The notes: generated by a model from the letters alone, not told the origin. 64,000 bases of DNA from Chthonomonadales bacterium (GCA_037443035.1 JBBIPC010000005.1:66837-130836), one strand, 5' to 3'. Positions 1-10,223 are shown, counted from the first letter of the stretch. Numbers and translations: made by a program.

Positions 1-469
1 CCACGAGACGCACGTTCAACGCATCGCGGAGGATGTAATTGGCTCCACGGCCGATGATGATCTTCTTGCCCTGTTGCGCGAGTGCCAGGACGACTTCTAC
101 AAGGCGATGCTTGTACCGGGTCTCGTCCATGCCGGTGCCCAGCATCGCCTCGAACATGGCTGTCAACCAGTGTCGCCTGTCCTCGTCCAGCGCCTCCACA
201 ACATGTCGTCGCACCGACTCCCTTTCCGCGATGAAGTCCACGATGTTGCGGTCCCAGACGGTCCAATCCGGGCCAAGCCTCGCCTGCACCATCTGCGCGA
301 TCGTGTGGCCGCCAGCACCATACTCACGTGAAATGGTGATGACGACGGGCCGCTGCGATGGACGCGCGACTGGTCCCTGGGTCTCCTTCTGGAGTGCCCG
401 CTGACGGACTTCGAACTCCTTCAACCGTTTTTCGACCAAATCACCGATATTCGATTGTGGTTCACGCAT
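1..469 (-). CDS. Cytidylate kinase-like family protein (N-terminal part; ORF runs off the left edge)
   Basis: My own minus-strand translation from ATG 469-467 gives MREPQSNIGDLVEKRLKEFE...RPVVITISREYGAGGHTIAQMV...KKIIIGRGANYILRDALNVRLV. The ISREYGxGG and GRGANYIL motifs are typical of the cytidylate-kinase-like family. It is absent from the ORF track because no stop lies inside the window. Confidence 0.6.
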   Translation of the reverse strand, partial: MREPQSNIGDLVEKRLKEFEVRQRALQKETQGPVARPSQRPVVITISREYGAGGHTIAQMVQARLGPDWTVWDRNIVDFIAERESVRRHVVEALDEDRRHWLTAMFEAMLGTGMDETRYKHRLVEVVLALAQQGKKIIIGRGANYILRDALNVRLV

Positions 470-622
470 TGGCGCATCCCTCCGTCGGTACCCGCGTTGT
501 GCCTATCCACGGTACGTATACGCCGCACTCGCTGCCGTTCCCTGTCTCATTGTCAGCGCGACATCGGCCGAAGCGTTGCGCACGGTGCCACACTGCTCCC
601 GGGTGCCAGCAACACCTTCCGC

Positions 623-958
623 ATGGTGAGGTACCATGCCCTCATGGATGTCGAGAAGACGCCAGAAGCTGGCAAGGAAGAATATCGCTGTCGAGTCCGC
701 ATTGTGGTAAGCGGAAGGGTCCAGGGCGTCTGGTTCCGGGAGAGCACCAGGGAAACCGCAGATGCTCTCGGTCTCGTAGGGACAGTGCGCAACCTCCTGA
801 GCGGCGAGGTGGAGATCATCGCAGAGGGCCCACGCCATAGGCTCGAAGCGCTTGCCGTGTGGGCCCGGCGTGGTCCCAGTGCCGCACGAGTGGACCACAT
901 CACAGAGGAGTACTCGCCAGCCACTGGCAGCTTCAGCGAGTTTCGGGTGATCCGTTGA
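623..958 (+). CDS. acyP: Acylphosphatase
   Basis: The C-terminal ~95 aa of ORF 455..958 read RVRIVVSGRVQGVWFRESTRETADALGLVGTVRNLLSGEVEIIAEGP...VDHI, with the acylphosphatase signature (V-x-G-x-V-Q-G-V-x-F-R). ATG 623 is chosen; ATG 644 is equally possible. Confidence 0.8.
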   Translation: MVRYHALMDVEKTPEAGKEEYRCRVRIVVSGRVQGVWFRESTRETADALGLVGTVRNLLSGEVEIIAEGPRHRLEALAVWARRGPSAARVDHITEEYSPATGSFSEFRVIR

Positions 959-1017
959 GGATGTGGATGGACGACCATGCCTCACGTCTTCGGCGGACGC
1001 CGGAGTAGGCAGGGCAC

Positions 1018-1614
1018 ATGCCGCCGCTTCCCATCCTGGACGACCGCTGGTTTCGATGCCTCAATGCTGGAGCCACCAACCGGGTGTTGGACGCCCTTTT
1101 CCCCATGATCACAAGCCTCCACCAACAGACCTGGTTGATGGCCACGGCAGCGCTTGCCGCAGTCGCTGCTCTTTGGAGAGGCGGTCGAGGGGCGCGACTC
1201 TGGGTTGTCACGCTTCTCCTATCTGTGGCACTCAGCGACGTTACCTGCAGCCGCATAGTGAAGGGGCTAGTACACCGGCAGCGTCCGTGCCAAGCAGTGG
1301 CGAGGGGGACACCGGCCCCCACCGGCTTCGCTGTACGCGTCGTGAACCCCGAACGCTGTCCCGGTTCAGGCTCGTTCCCCTCGAACCACGCGTCCAATAC
1401 GATGGCTGGCGCGACGGTCGCCTGGTACCTAACGCGTCGTCGCTGGCGGTGGATGTGGTTCCTCCTGCCGCTGGTCATAGGCTACACGCGCATCTACCTC
1501 GGATACCATTATCCTTCGGATGTGGTCGGTGGATGGATTCTGGGCGGAGCCGTTAGCACGGTCGTGATTCTGGTCGCGTCACGCTGGATGCGAGACCGCG
1601 TACTCCCTCGGTAG
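1018..1614 (+). CDS. PAP2-family (phosphatidic acid / undecaprenyl-diphosphate type) phosphatase, membrane protein
   Basis: The three PAP2 motifs are present: KGLVHRQRP, PSNH and TRIYLGYHYPSD. There are several hydrophobic helices. Confidence 0.8.
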   Translation: MPPLPILDDRWFRCLNAGATNRVLDALFPMITSLHQQTWLMATAALAAVAALWRGGRGARLWVVTLLLSVALSDVTCSRIVKGLVHRQRPCQAVARGTPAPTGFAVRVVNPERCPGSGSFPSNHASNTMAGATVAWYLTRRRWRWMWFLLPLVIGYTRIYLGYHYPSDVVGGWILGGAVSTVVILVASRWMRDRVLPR

Positions 1615-1622
1615 AGGGCCAG

Positions 1623-2633
1623 TTACGACTCGGATTCCGTCGAAGGAGGAGAAACGGGCGGTGCTACGGTCCACCGTCCCATCCTGCGGAATCGCCGGTA
1701 ACGCTCCTCGAGGCGCTCGTCCGGTGATAGCGCCTCGACTTCGCGAAGGTGGCGCAGAATGGCGTCTGAGAGGGTGCTTGCCATGACAGCCAAGTCTCGG
1801 TGAGCACCACCGAGGGGTTCGGGTACGACCTCCTCGATGACGCCCAGTTCCAGTGCGTCCTGCGCCGTCAGTTTCAGGGCTGCCGCCGCCTCTTCAGCGC
1901 GGCTCTTGTCGCGCCACAGTATCGCCGCACATCCCTCCGGCGGGATGACAGAGTAGATCGCATGCTCCAACATGAGCACCCGGTCTCCCACGGCAACCCC
2001 GATGGCGCCGCCGGAACCACCTTCGCCGATAACGACGGCGATGATCGGAACACGCAGGGCGGAGAACTCCGCCATGTTCCGGGCAATCGCCTCGCTGATG
2101 CCGTGTTCTTCCGCGCGTAGGTCGGCCGCCGCGGCCGCTGTGTCCACGAAAGAGATGATGGGGCGATCGAACTTCTCAGCCAGCCGCGCCAGGCGCAATG
2201 CCTTTCTGTAACCCTCTGCGCGAGCACTGCCGAAATTGCGACGTTGCCGCTCGCGCAGGTCCCGGCCCTTCTGATGTCCAATGACCATGATGGGCCGACC
2301 CCTGAGAAAAGCCGGCCCGCCCACGATCGCCTCGTCGTTATCTGCCAGGCGATCGCCTGACAACTCCAGGAAGTCGTCGAACATGACGCGGACGTAGTCG
2401 AACGTGTAGGGGCGTTCCTGGTGTCGGGAGAGGAGCGTCTGCTCCCAGGGGGTGAGACGAGCGAAAACCTCCTCGATGGCCTTTCTAAGCTCGGCCTCGA
2501 GCCGTGCGATCTCGGCATCCAGGTCAATGCCCTGCTGGCGTGCCTCGGCTTGCTTCTCAGGCTTCCGAAGCTCGTCGAGGAGGGCCTCCAGCTCCCGTAT
2601 GGGTCGCTCGAAGTCGAGGAAGCTACTGGCCAT
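1623..2633 (-). CDS. accA: Acetyl-CoA carboxylase carboxyltransferase subunit alpha
   Basis: 336 aa, starting MASSFLDFERPIRELEALLDELR and containing FVDTAAA and GEGGSGGA motifs. It overlaps the accD stop by 11 nt, indicating an operon. Confidence 0.95.
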   Translation of the reverse strand: MASSFLDFERPIRELEALLDELRKPEKQAEARQQGIDLDAEIARLEAELRKAIEEVFARLTPWEQTLLSRHQERPYTFDYVRVMFDDFLELSGDRLADNDEAIVGGPAFLRGRPIMVIGHQKGRDLRERQRRNFGSARAEGYRKALRLARLAEKFDRPIISFVDTAAAAADLRAEEHGISEAIARNMAEFSALRVPIIAVVIGEGGSGGAIGVAVGDRVLMLEHAIYSVIPPEGCAAILWRDKSRAEEAAAALKLTAQDALELGVIEEVVPEPLGGAHRDLAVMASTLSDAILRHLREVEALSPDERLEERYRRFRRMGRWTVAPPVSPPSTESES

Positions 2634-3483
2634 GTTGCGTGCCCTCGACGAAGAAACGAAGCAGGAAGGCTAGAGTGCGGCGCATTTCCTTGCGGCTCAC
2701 GATGCGGTCCACGAAGCCATGCTCATGCTGGAACTCGCTCGTCTGGAAATTGGCCGGCAACTGAACGCCCGCATCCTGTTGTCCCACACGCCGCCCGGCG
2801 AAGCCCACAATGGCACCCGGCTCGGCCAGTATGACATCGCCCAGGGACGCATAGCTAGCGAAGACGCCACCCGTAGTGGGGCTCGTCAGAACGCTGATGT
2901 AAGGAACCTTCGTGTCGGCCGCTCGGCGAACCGCCGCGGCTGTCTTGGCCATCTGCATGAGGGCCAGCAAGCCCTCCTGCATCCGCGCACCACCCGAAGC
3001 GCTGAAGAGGATGATGGGACGCCGTTTCTCTGCCGCTCGCTCCATGGACCGAGCGACTTTCTCGCCGTAGACAGAGCCCATGGACCCGCCCATGAAGCCG
3101 AAATCCGCCACCCCGATGACGATCGGCATGCCCTCGAGTGTGGCCTCTCCCGTGATGATGGCCTCGCGAAGACCTGTAGTCTCCTGTGCCTTCTGCAGCT
3201 TCTCCTGATAGTCGGGAAAGCCCAGAGGATCCACCGAGAGGAGGTCACCATCCATCTCGGCGAAGGATCCCTCGTCCACGGTAATCTCCAGACGCTCCTT
3301 CGCGGACAGGCGATGGTGATGTCCGCACTTGGGGCACACCTTCAGGTTCCGCTCTAGTTCCCGAGCGAAGATGATCTCGTCGCAACCTTCGCACTTCTGG
3401 GCGATGCCGTCGGGTACGCTGTCTTGGGAGCGAGCGCGTGCCCTGCGTCCGAACCATCCGCTGCTCATCGGCGTGGACCACAT
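2623..3483 (-). CDS. accD: Acetyl-CoA carboxylase carboxyltransferase subunit beta
   Basis: N-terminal zinc ribbon CEGCDEIIFARELERNLKVCPKCGHHHR followed by the carboxyltransferase domain (GGSMG, SGGARMQEG). The true start may be M6 at 3468. Confidence 0.95.
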   Translation of the reverse strand: MWSTPMSSGWFGRRARARSQDSVPDGIAQKCEGCDEIIFARELERNLKVCPKCGHHHRLSAKERLEITVDEGSFAEMDGDLLSVDPLGFPDYQEKLQKAQETTGLREAIITGEATLEGMPIVIGVADFGFMGGSMGSVYGEKVARSMERAAEKRRPIILFSASGGARMQEGLLALMQMAKTAAAVRRAADTKVPYISVLTSPTTGGVFASYASLGDVILAEPGAIVGFAGRRVGQQDAGVQLPANFQTSEFQHEHGFVDRIVSRKEMRRTLAFLLRFFVEGTQHGQ

Positions 3484-3537
3484 GGCCGAGGAGTACCGAT
3501 AGGCTCGCTCACCTCCAACAGGAAGGGAGCCCGCTCG

Positions 3538-4605
3538 GTGACGTCCGTCAGCGAACTGCGCAAGGAGATAGATAGCATTGATGATCGCATTGTCGAGCTA
3601 CTGAACCGTCGCGCCGAAATCGCCGTCGAAATCGGCACGCACAAAGCTCGCGCCAGGAGTCAGTATTTTACCCCCGAACGGGAGGACGCCATTCTCCGGC
3701 GGCTCGCGCAGCGAAGCCGAGGGCCCTTGCCTGCCCAAGCGCTGCGTGCCATCTACCGCGAAATCATGTCGGCCTGCCGGGTGCTGGAGAAACCGCTCAC
3801 GATCGCGTTTCTCGGCCCTCCCGGCACGTTCTCCCATCAGGCGGCCGTCATGAAGTTCGGCTCCTCGTCGGTGCTGGACCCGTGCGACGCCATCCCCGAA
3901 ATCTTCACGAGGGTGGAGCGAGGAGTATGCGACTACGGTGTCGTGCCTGTGGAGAACTCGCTGGCTGGCGTCATCCCTGAAACGCTTGACACGTTCCTCC
4001 AAACGAACGTACGGGTCGTCTCGGAGCTTTTCGTACCCATCGTCCACAACTTGGCGACCCGCTGCAAGAAGCTGGAAGATATCCAGGTCCTCTATACTCA
4101 TGCGCAGCCTCTCGCGCAGTCCAGGCAATGGCTCAGGGCGCATCTACCCAACGTCGAGATCGTCGAGGTCGGAAGCACTGTGCGCGCCGCTGAAGCAGCG
4201 AGAGATCAGGAGGACGCGGCGGCGCTCTGCCCCGCCATGGCAGCCGAGATCACAGGTCTGCCGATTCTGGTCGAACACACCGAGGACAACCCCAGTAATC
4301 GGACGCGCTTCCTCGTTCTCGGTTACAACGAGCCGGAGCCTACAGGGCGGGACAAGACCTCCCTCATGTTCTCTGTGCATCATCGAGCGGGCGCCCTGTT
4401 CCGGGCCATGGCGGCCTTCGAGAAGTACGACGTGAACCTGACGATGATCGAAAGCCGCCCGGCGCGGGTTGCCGTCTGGGAGTACGTGTTCTACGTGGAC
4501 GTCCAGGGTCATGTGAAGGACGACAACGTCGCCCGCGCCCTGCGCCAGCTCAAAGAGCACACGTTGTTCCTGACGGTGCTGGGGTCGTACCCGGCGGCGG
4601 AATAG
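3538..4605 (+). CDS. pheA: Bifunctional chorismate mutase / prephenate dehydratase (P-protein)
   Basis: Chorismate mutase helix (ELRKEIDSIDDRIVELLNRRAEIAVEIG), prephenate dehydratase domain (IAFLGPPGTFSHQAA ... TRFLVLG) and a C-terminal ACT domain. GTG 3538 is preceded by GGAAGGGAG at 3521-3529. The track start 3424 would overlap divergent accD. Confidence 0.9.
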   Translation: MTSVSELRKEIDSIDDRIVELLNRRAEIAVEIGTHKARARSQYFTPEREDAILRRLAQRSRGPLPAQALRAIYREIMSACRVLEKPLTIAFLGPPGTFSHQAAVMKFGSSSVLDPCDAIPEIFTRVERGVCDYGVVPVENSLAGVIPETLDTFLQTNVRVVSELFVPIVHNLATRCKKLEDIQVLYTHAQPLAQSRQWLRAHLPNVEIVEVGSTVRAAEAARDQEDAAALCPAMAAEITGLPILVEHTEDNPSNRTRFLVLGYNEPEPTGRDKTSLMFSVHHRAGALFRAMAAFEKYDVNLTMIESRPARVAVWEYVFYVDVQGHVKDDNVARALRQLKEHTLFLTVLGSYPAAE

Positions 4606-4608
4606 TGA

Positions 4609-4648
4609 CGCCGCCAGCCCCCCGGTAGCTGGGCGAGGGCTGGCGGCG
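4609..4648. terminator. Bidirectional stem-loop between convergent pheA and the NHL gene
   Basis: Perfect 12-bp inverted repeat cgccgccagccc (4609-4620) / gggctggcggcg (4637-4648) with a 16-nt loop. There is no clear U-tract. Confidence 0.5.
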
Positions 4649-4663
4649 CGAGCATGCCTCGTC

Positions 4664-7381
4664 TCAACGCCGTTCCCAAGCGTTGATGGAGTTATCTATG
4701 ACCCGTTGCAGCGTTCTTATCGCATGGTTGCCCGAGTCGGCAATGAGGATCGTCCCGCCTTCCTCCATGGCGAGATGCATGGGCGCATTCATCGTTCCCT
4801 GATGACCGTCGGAGAATCCCAGTCCGGCTATGAGCTGATGACGCGTGACATCCTGGGTGATCCTGCTGATCGCATGAAGCGTCGATTCGGCGACGTACGT
4901 ATGACCGGCCCTGTCGCGAGCCAGTCCGGTCGGCGAAGTCAGCGCCGGTGATGCGGTCGTCACGCTCATGGTCGTTGCCGTGCTGTCCACAAGCCGCCGA
5001 ATCCGATTGTTGCCTCTATCGGCAACGTAGGCGACCCCCAACTCATCCATCACGATCTGGTGTGGACTGCTGAATCGGGCCGCCGATCCCGTTGCGTCCA
5101 CGTAACCAGACGCTCCAGGGCTGCCGGCCACGGTCGTTACGGCGTAGGAAGAGGGTTTCCGCGGGTCGGCACCGGGGCGAAGGAGAATGCGCCGGATCGT
5201 GTGATTGCCGGTATCCGCCACGAGAACGACTCCGCCCATGGAGACAGCTACGCCGGTGGGAGCGCTGAACGTGGCGACCTGGCCGCTGCCATCCGAACTA
5301 CCCTCCGTGGAACCAGCGACTGTCGCCACAACACCGTTGGGCCACACGCGCCGGATCCGATGGTTGTTCGTATCGGCAATCAAGAGCGATCCATCGGGAG
5401 CGACGGCGATACCGGATGGCCCGTTGAACGATGTCGTACCAGCAGTTCCATCACTGGACCCAGAGCCTGCGAACCCGGCCAGCGTACCCACGTTCCCGCC
5501 ACGGTCTATGTAACAGACCCTATGCCTGTCGGTGAACACCGCACGGATCGGTTGACCGCTCATCGTGAGGAAGTTTCCCGCGAGCCGTGCGGGTATTGCC
5601 GCCACGCCGACAGGTGTATCCAACCTGGCAACCTGTCCCGGTCCATCCGAGCTTCCAGGCGTTCCGTTGCCGGCGAGAGTCGTCAACGCACAGGCACCGC
5701 CGGCGGGCAGATTCACCAAGTTGCTGTCGGTCTCGATACAGACATAGAACGAGAAACCTGACACTCCGTGCGGTACGTAGAACTGCAACTCTGCCTCATA
5801 GGCGTTCTCCTTAGGCTCCATGACCTTGCTGCAATCGCCCTGGGGATTCTCGCGGGCGTCCCAGTTGATCCAGCTCACTGTCTCCGAAGGGCTGCCCGCG
5901 GCTCCGCCGATGTGGAGAACGTCGGTGGGTACTACGACCTCACGGATACGGCAGTTGATCGCATCGGCCAGATAAGCCGTGGTAGCCGTTGCCTGCGTTC
6001 GTAGCATGGTCACGTCATACAGTTGGCTGAACCGTGCCGTGTAGCCGTCCCCGTCTGCATATCCCGAGGACGTCGAACCCGCCAAGGTAGTGACGAGGTA
6101 GTTGCCGGCCTGGGTCGGTTCCGACTCCGAGACTTGTGTGAGTGCCCTAAGCGTGAAAGCGTCGGTCACCAATGCGAACAGGCCTGGTTGTCCCTCTACC
6201 CATCCTGCACAGATCCCACTCAGGGTGGTAAAGGAGGCGGCCGACCCAGGACCATCCGCTGCACCGGCTCCATTGCCCCCTGCAATGGTTGTGACCACAG
6301 CTGCAGAGCCGTCCGCGGCGTCAATCCTGCGGATGGCGTAGTTCGACATGTCGGCTACCAGCAGTATGTCGGGCTGCCCGGTGCGCTCCAGCAGAGTGAG
6401 GTCGCGGGGTGAGCTGAATCGAGCTGTGGATCCAGGGCCGTCCACGAATCCGGACGCCAAGGCCAGTCCGGCGATGGTCTCCACGTAATATGAAGCGCTC
6501 TTGTCTCTTGGGCCCGCTCCAGTGTAAGTGATACGGCGGATCGTCTGTCCCATACGGTCGCAGACGTAGATGCGGTTTCCGTCTCGGCTAACGCAGATGC
6601 CACTGGGATTGGCGAAAAGTGCCGAGCTTCCTGGTCCATCCTGCTCCGCGGCTGCTCCGGCACCGGCAATCGTGGTGACCTGGCCAAGATCGGTAATGCG
6701 GCGGATCTTGTGGCCGTATTCGTCCGCTACGAATATAGTGCCACTTCCATCGGTGCAAAGATGGCAAGGCCCCGAGAACGACGCGGATGAGCCGGTGCCA
6801 TCAGCACTTCCCACTATGCCGGCGGCACCTGCCAGCGTCGCTACCATGTCGTCTGGCAGTATCCTGCGAATCGTCGGCCCGTTCAGATCCGACACGAATA
6901 GGTCCGTCGCGTTAGGTCCGTCGCCCATACTGACACCCGCGGGTGTGTCGAACGAGGCGTCTTTGCCGTGACCGTCCGATTCGCTCGAGCTCCCGTTTCC
7001 GGCTCTCGTCCTTACGCGAACTCTCATACGGACGTCCTTGCGATCGGAGTTTTCGAGATTGGACACAATGAGCTTGACCGGTGACGCAGGCCACGCATGT
7101 CCCGATTTGTTGGTGGCACGAACACGTATCAGACGCTGACCCGCGTCACCGTTGACGATCAGCAGGTCCGTGCTGGCGAAGGTGACGGCTGCCCCCTCGT
7201 AAAGGGCGCGGCCGGCCGGTTGGGTGATCGTAACCTTACCTGTGCGAACGTCCACATCGAATCTGGCGAGGCCAGAGGCAAGGCTGGAGGGGGTCGTTGG
7301 CGATGATGCGTGCTGCCCGCCGCCACATCCCACGAGGCCGAGCAAGACGGGCAGCAAACGAAGGACGCGTTGAGCTCTCAT
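4664..7381 (-). CDS. NHL-repeat lipoprotein (large secreted beta-propeller protein)
   Basis: Lipobox-type signal MRAQRVLRLLPVLLGLVGCGG. NHL-like units recur many times (ADTNNHRIRRV, ADTGNHTIRRI, ADRGNNRIRRL, ADSGNHAIRTL, DEYGHKIRRI). ATG 7381 has GGAGG 8 nt upstream; the track start is 7417. Confidence 0.8.
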   Translation of the reverse strand: MRAQRVLRLLPVLLGLVGCGGGQHASSPTTPSSLASGLARFDVDVRTGKVTITQPAGRALYEGAAVTFASTDLLIVNGDAGQRLIRVRATNKSGHAWPASPVKLIVSNLENSDRKDVRMRVRVRTRAGNGSSSESDGHGKDASFDTPAGVSMGDGPNATDLFVSDLNGPTIRRILPDDMVATLAGAAGIVGSADGTGSSASFSGPCHLCTDGSGTIFVADEYGHKIRRITDLGQVTTIAGAGAAAEQDGPGSSALFANPSGICVSRDGNRIYVCDRMGQTIRRITYTGAGPRDKSASYYVETIAGLALASGFVDGPGSTARFSSPRDLTLLERTGQPDILLVADMSNYAIRRIDAADGSAAVVTTIAGGNGAGAADGPGSAASFTTLSGICAGWVEGQPGLFALVTDAFTLRALTQVSESEPTQAGNYLVTTLAGSTSSGYADGDGYTARFSQLYDVTMLRTQATATTAYLADAINCRIREVVVPTDVLHIGGAAGSPSETVSWINWDARENPQGDCSKVMEPKENAYEAELQFYVPHGVSGFSFYVCIETDSNLVNLPAGGACALTTLAGNGTPGSSDGPGQVARLDTPVGVAAIPARLAGNFLTMSGQPIRAVFTDRHRVCYIDRGGNVGTLAGFAGSGSSDGTAGTTSFNGPSGIAVAPDGSLLIADTNNHRIRRVWPNGVVATVAGSTEGSSDGSGQVATFSAPTGVAVSMGGVVLVADTGNHTIRRILLRPGADPRKPSSYAVTTVAGSPGASGYVDATGSAARFSSPHQIVMDELGVAYVADRGNNRIRRLVDSTATTMSVTTASPALTSPTGLARDRAGHTYVAESTLHAISRITQDVTRHQLIAGLGFSDGHQGTMNAPMHLAMEEGGTILIADSGNHAIRTLQRVIDNSINAWERR

Positions 7382-7465
7382 GGCAGCCACCTCCCCGGGC
7401 TGGTCGAGTGTTGCCAAGACGCGCCTCGCGGCAGGTAGCCCTGCCGTTCAGTTGTCTACATAATC

Positions 7466-7493
7466 ATTATACGGATGCTAATGGAAATGGCAA
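7466..7493 (-). promoter_or_regulatory. Putative sigma70-type promoter of the NHL lipoprotein gene
   Basis: The minus strand reads TTGCCA (7493-7488) - 16 nt - TATAAT (7471-7466), in an AT-rich patch about 85 nt upstream of ATG 7381. Confidence 0.35.
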
Positions 7494-7717
7494 GGTCTGT
7501 CGGCCGATTGTCATGGCGATAGTGGCGGTCACGCGCACCCTCGTGACGCACGCTAGTGCGGGCAGTGGAGGGTCGAGGGATCTCCCAATGGCATTCGGTA
7601 CGGAGAACATCCGTGGGGCCACAGAAGGCGCCCGGAATGGTGGGCAGACTGTGGTCCCCAGGCGCTGGGGGGCCTGTGCCTGAGGACCGTGCGCCGCACC
7701 GTCTGCGCTGCCGACTT

Positions 7718-9076
7718 CTAAGCCCTTGCCAGCGCTCCCATGGGATCCCATGGGGGCAGTCGGACGGGTTCCATCCGCAGCACCTCGAGGAGCTCCGGCG
7801 AAAGGTACTTCTTTTCGACGGCCACCTCGTAGTTGTACTCGTCGAACCAGCGGTCCGTCATGACCATGAAACCCTTGTTGCCCGGCTTGTCACCCCAGCT
7901 ATTCTCGACTCGCCACTTGACCGGCTTGCCCTCGTCATCGAGATCCACACCGGTGAAGACCATGGCATGGTTCATGGCGCTCTGGCCGTAGTCGAGACGC
8001 TGAGCCTTGTCCAGACCGAACTCCACTCCGTAGATCGGCTCGAACTCGAAGAGATCCATGTCCATGAGCCCCAGGTCCCGGTCGAACATCTTCCCTACGT
8101 CGCAACCGAACCACACCGGCTTGCCGTCCTTGATCATCTCCACCGCCGCCCGCTTCATCACGTCCAACTCCACGTTCAGGTACCGGATGATATCGCCCTC
8201 CAGGACGTTCCCGAGGTACTCGATGGTGTACACGGTGTTGTACCTCTTGCTGGATTGCGGGCAGTGGATGAGGCACACCATGCTGTCCAGGTCCGGCTGG
8301 ACGTAACGCTCGGTGAACTCGTGGGGGGTCAGGACGCCGTCCCTGTGGAAGACCTTGTCCTTGTCGCGCCACTGCCAAACGAAGGAGGATGGAGGCACCC
8401 CCAGATGGATACAGAGCATCCGGTAGACCTCTTCAAGCATGGCATCCTTTCGCTTGCGGAGCTCAGCGACGGGCACTCCTTCGCGTGCCCAGTCTCGTAG
8501 CCTACAGGCGTACTCGCGCAGCTTCAGCGTGATGAGCGAGTTCATGACGCCGGTGTTGCTGCTGCTCTCGGTTTCCGGCATGACTTCCTTGGGCACGACA
8601 CCGTACTTGCGCACCAGGTTGGCGAACATGTCCCACTGGCCGCCGTCCTGGATGGGGTTCTGGACCAGCCACATGATAAGGCGGCTGTCAGTAGCCTCGT
8701 CGAGCGTCTCGAGGATGCTCTCGAGAAAGTAGTTCGCCTTCTCCAGCTTGTCCCAGAACATGAGGTAGTTCTGCGAAAGCTCGAAGTTCTCCAGGTTCAT
8801 CCGTTCGGCGGCTGCCATGCGCATGGTATTCAGACCGGCGAATAGCCAGCACCGGCCGCTGGCGTTCTGGCTGGTGGCCTCTCCGGCCTTCACGATGTGG
8901 GAAAACGTGTGGTTGCAGCGGACCACCGCCTGGCGGTTCATGGCGATGGAACGGACCGACGTCTTGGTGACAGCGTTCAGGGCCGCCCGGCGCACCGGGT
9001 CGGACTCGAAAGCTCTGCGGAAGCCATCTACCTGCTTCAGGGTGAGCGGGTTGGCTCCGCTGGATACTTCTGGCAT
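7718..9076 (-). CDS. pepC: Aminopeptidase C / bleomycin hydrolase family (C1B cysteine peptidase)
   Basis: Catalytic Cys context QNASGRCWLFAG, His context NHAMVFTGVD, Asn/Trp context VENSWG. The length of 452 aa is typical. Confidence 0.9.
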   Translation of the reverse strand: MPEVSSGANPLTLKQVDGFRRAFESDPVRRAALNAVTKTSVRSIAMNRQAVVRCNHTFSHIVKAGEATSQNASGRCWLFAGLNTMRMAAAERMNLENFELSQNYLMFWDKLEKANYFLESILETLDEATDSRLIMWLVQNPIQDGGQWDMFANLVRKYGVVPKEVMPETESSSNTGVMNSLITLKLREYACRLRDWAREGVPVAELRKRKDAMLEEVYRMLCIHLGVPPSSFVWQWRDKDKVFHRDGVLTPHEFTERYVQPDLDSMVCLIHCPQSSKRYNTVYTIEYLGNVLEGDIIRYLNVELDVMKRAAVEMIKDGKPVWFGCDVGKMFDRDLGLMDMDLFEFEPIYGVEFGLDKAQRLDYGQSAMNHAMVFTGVDLDDEGKPVKWRVENSWGDKPGNKGFMVMTDRWFDEYNYEVAVEKKYLSPELLEVLRMEPVRLPPWDPMGALARA

Positions 9077-9218
9077 TGGTGTATCTCCTCAGGCGGACAT
9101 CTCGGTCAGACGCCGAGATGCCCGTCGTTGTCTCAGTTGTCCGGTTGTTCGCTCGCGCGTATGGGACCAGGATATGCAGCCCCCGGCACCATGCACGCGT
9201 ACTGGGCTCGTGGTTCTG

Positions 9219-10100
9219 TCAGCGGTTCGGGCTCGCAGGACGAGGCGGCGCAAGCTTAGCTGCCGTCTCGCGGAACCACTGGACGCACTTTCGCACGTTC
9301 TCCACCAGCTCTGCGCCGGAGGTCCGCTCGAACTCGATGGAGATCGGTCCTCGGAAGCCCTGAGCCTGCAGCTCGCGAAGCTGTGCTTCAGCATGGCCGA
9401 CTCCCTGACCGAAGACCACGTCTTCCTTGTTCTCGTTCAGGTCCTTGAAGTGCAGCGAGACGACCCGTCCCTTGAGCTGCTTTAGACCCTCCACAGGATC
9501 GATCCCTGAACGGTACCAGTGGCCCGTGTCCGCGCAGGAACCGATCGACTCGCTGACACCGCTGACGGCCTTGAGTACTGTCTCGGGACTCCAGTAATGG
9601 GAGGGCTTGGGGTGGTTGTGAATACCGATCTTGATGCCGTACTCCTTGCACAGCTTGTCCAGCATCGGCATGGCCTCCTCGGGCGGTTCCGAGGTGATGA
9701 CGCGGATGCCCAGGGCTTTGGCGAAATCGAAGACCTTGCGCGCAGCCGCTTCGTCGTTTCCCAGGCCGACCACGCCATAGGCCACCGCCCGCACACGCGA
9801 CGCTTGCAGCTTGGCCTTCACGGACTCGATGACCTCAGGAGAGGCGTTGTGATCGAAGCCGATGGGGTTCTCCTTGGAAAGCTTCTGACCGGGGAAGAAC
9901 TCGACGAACCGGATCCCGAGCTGGTTCAGCATGTCCAGCGTCTCGAAGACAGTCAGCTCGCGAAACGTCCATGCCTGACAGGCCAGTTGCCATCCCAGGC
10001 GCTGCTCGGGCGTTCGCTGGCGACGCTGTCCTGGCTGCGCCTGGCCGTAGGCGGCAGGCACTAGCACTGCAACAAGGGTGAGAATGGCGAGTGTGCGCAT
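9219..10100 (-). CDS. Sugar phosphate isomerase/epimerase (xylose-isomerase-like TIM barrel) with N-terminal signal peptide
   Basis: MRTLAILTLVAVLVPAAYGQ signal followed by a TIM-barrel pattern (IRFVEFFPGQ..., GIHNHP, DTGHW, SLHFKD). ATG 10100 has GAAAGGAG 7 nt upstream; the track start 10139 is a TTG. Confidence 0.75.
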   Translation of the reverse strand: MRTLAILTLVAVLVPAAYGQAQPGQRRQRTPEQRLGWQLACQAWTFRELTVFETLDMLNQLGIRFVEFFPGQKLSKENPIGFDHNASPEVIESVKAKLQASRVRAVAYGVVGLGNDEAAARKVFDFAKALGIRVITSEPPEEAMPMLDKLCKEYGIKIGIHNHPKPSHYWSPETVLKAVSGVSESIGSCADTGHWYRSGIDPVEGLKQLKGRVVSLHFKDLNENKEDVVFGQGVGHAEAQLRELQAQGFRGPISIEFERTSGAELVENVRKCVQWFRETAAKLAPPRPASPNR

Positions 10101-10223
10101 TGCTTTGCTCCTTTCTGGAGAAAGAAGAGTACAGCACAAGCAACGCTTACGTCAACCGGGGAGGAGTTGGATGTTTCGTCCGCTAACAGCCCGACGTCTC
10201 CCTGGCAAACGGATGCTGAAGGG

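Noticed and set aside
7640-7680. Palindrome CCCCAGGCGCTGGGG after pepC as a terminator
   Set aside because: The stem is only 6 bp with a 3-nt loop and no U-tract on either strand, which is too weak to call.
7556-8500. Long antisense or off-frame ORFs (for example 7556..8500 +, 5060..5761 +, 15692..16576 -, 19056..19814 -, 22638..23660 +, 46792..47673 -, 50400..51362 +, 59270..60154 -)
   Set aside because: Each lies entirely within a better-supported gene on the other strand or frame. Their composition is biased (Arg/Pro/Gly/Ala-rich) and motif-free, as expected for shadow ORFs in high-GC DNA.
9219-10100. Signal peptide on a sugar-phosphate isomerase-fold enzyme as an anomaly
   Set aside because: Exported xylose-isomerase-like TIM-barrel proteins are, as far as I recall, common in the lineages suggested by the other markers. 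It is not distinctive enough to flag as a finding.
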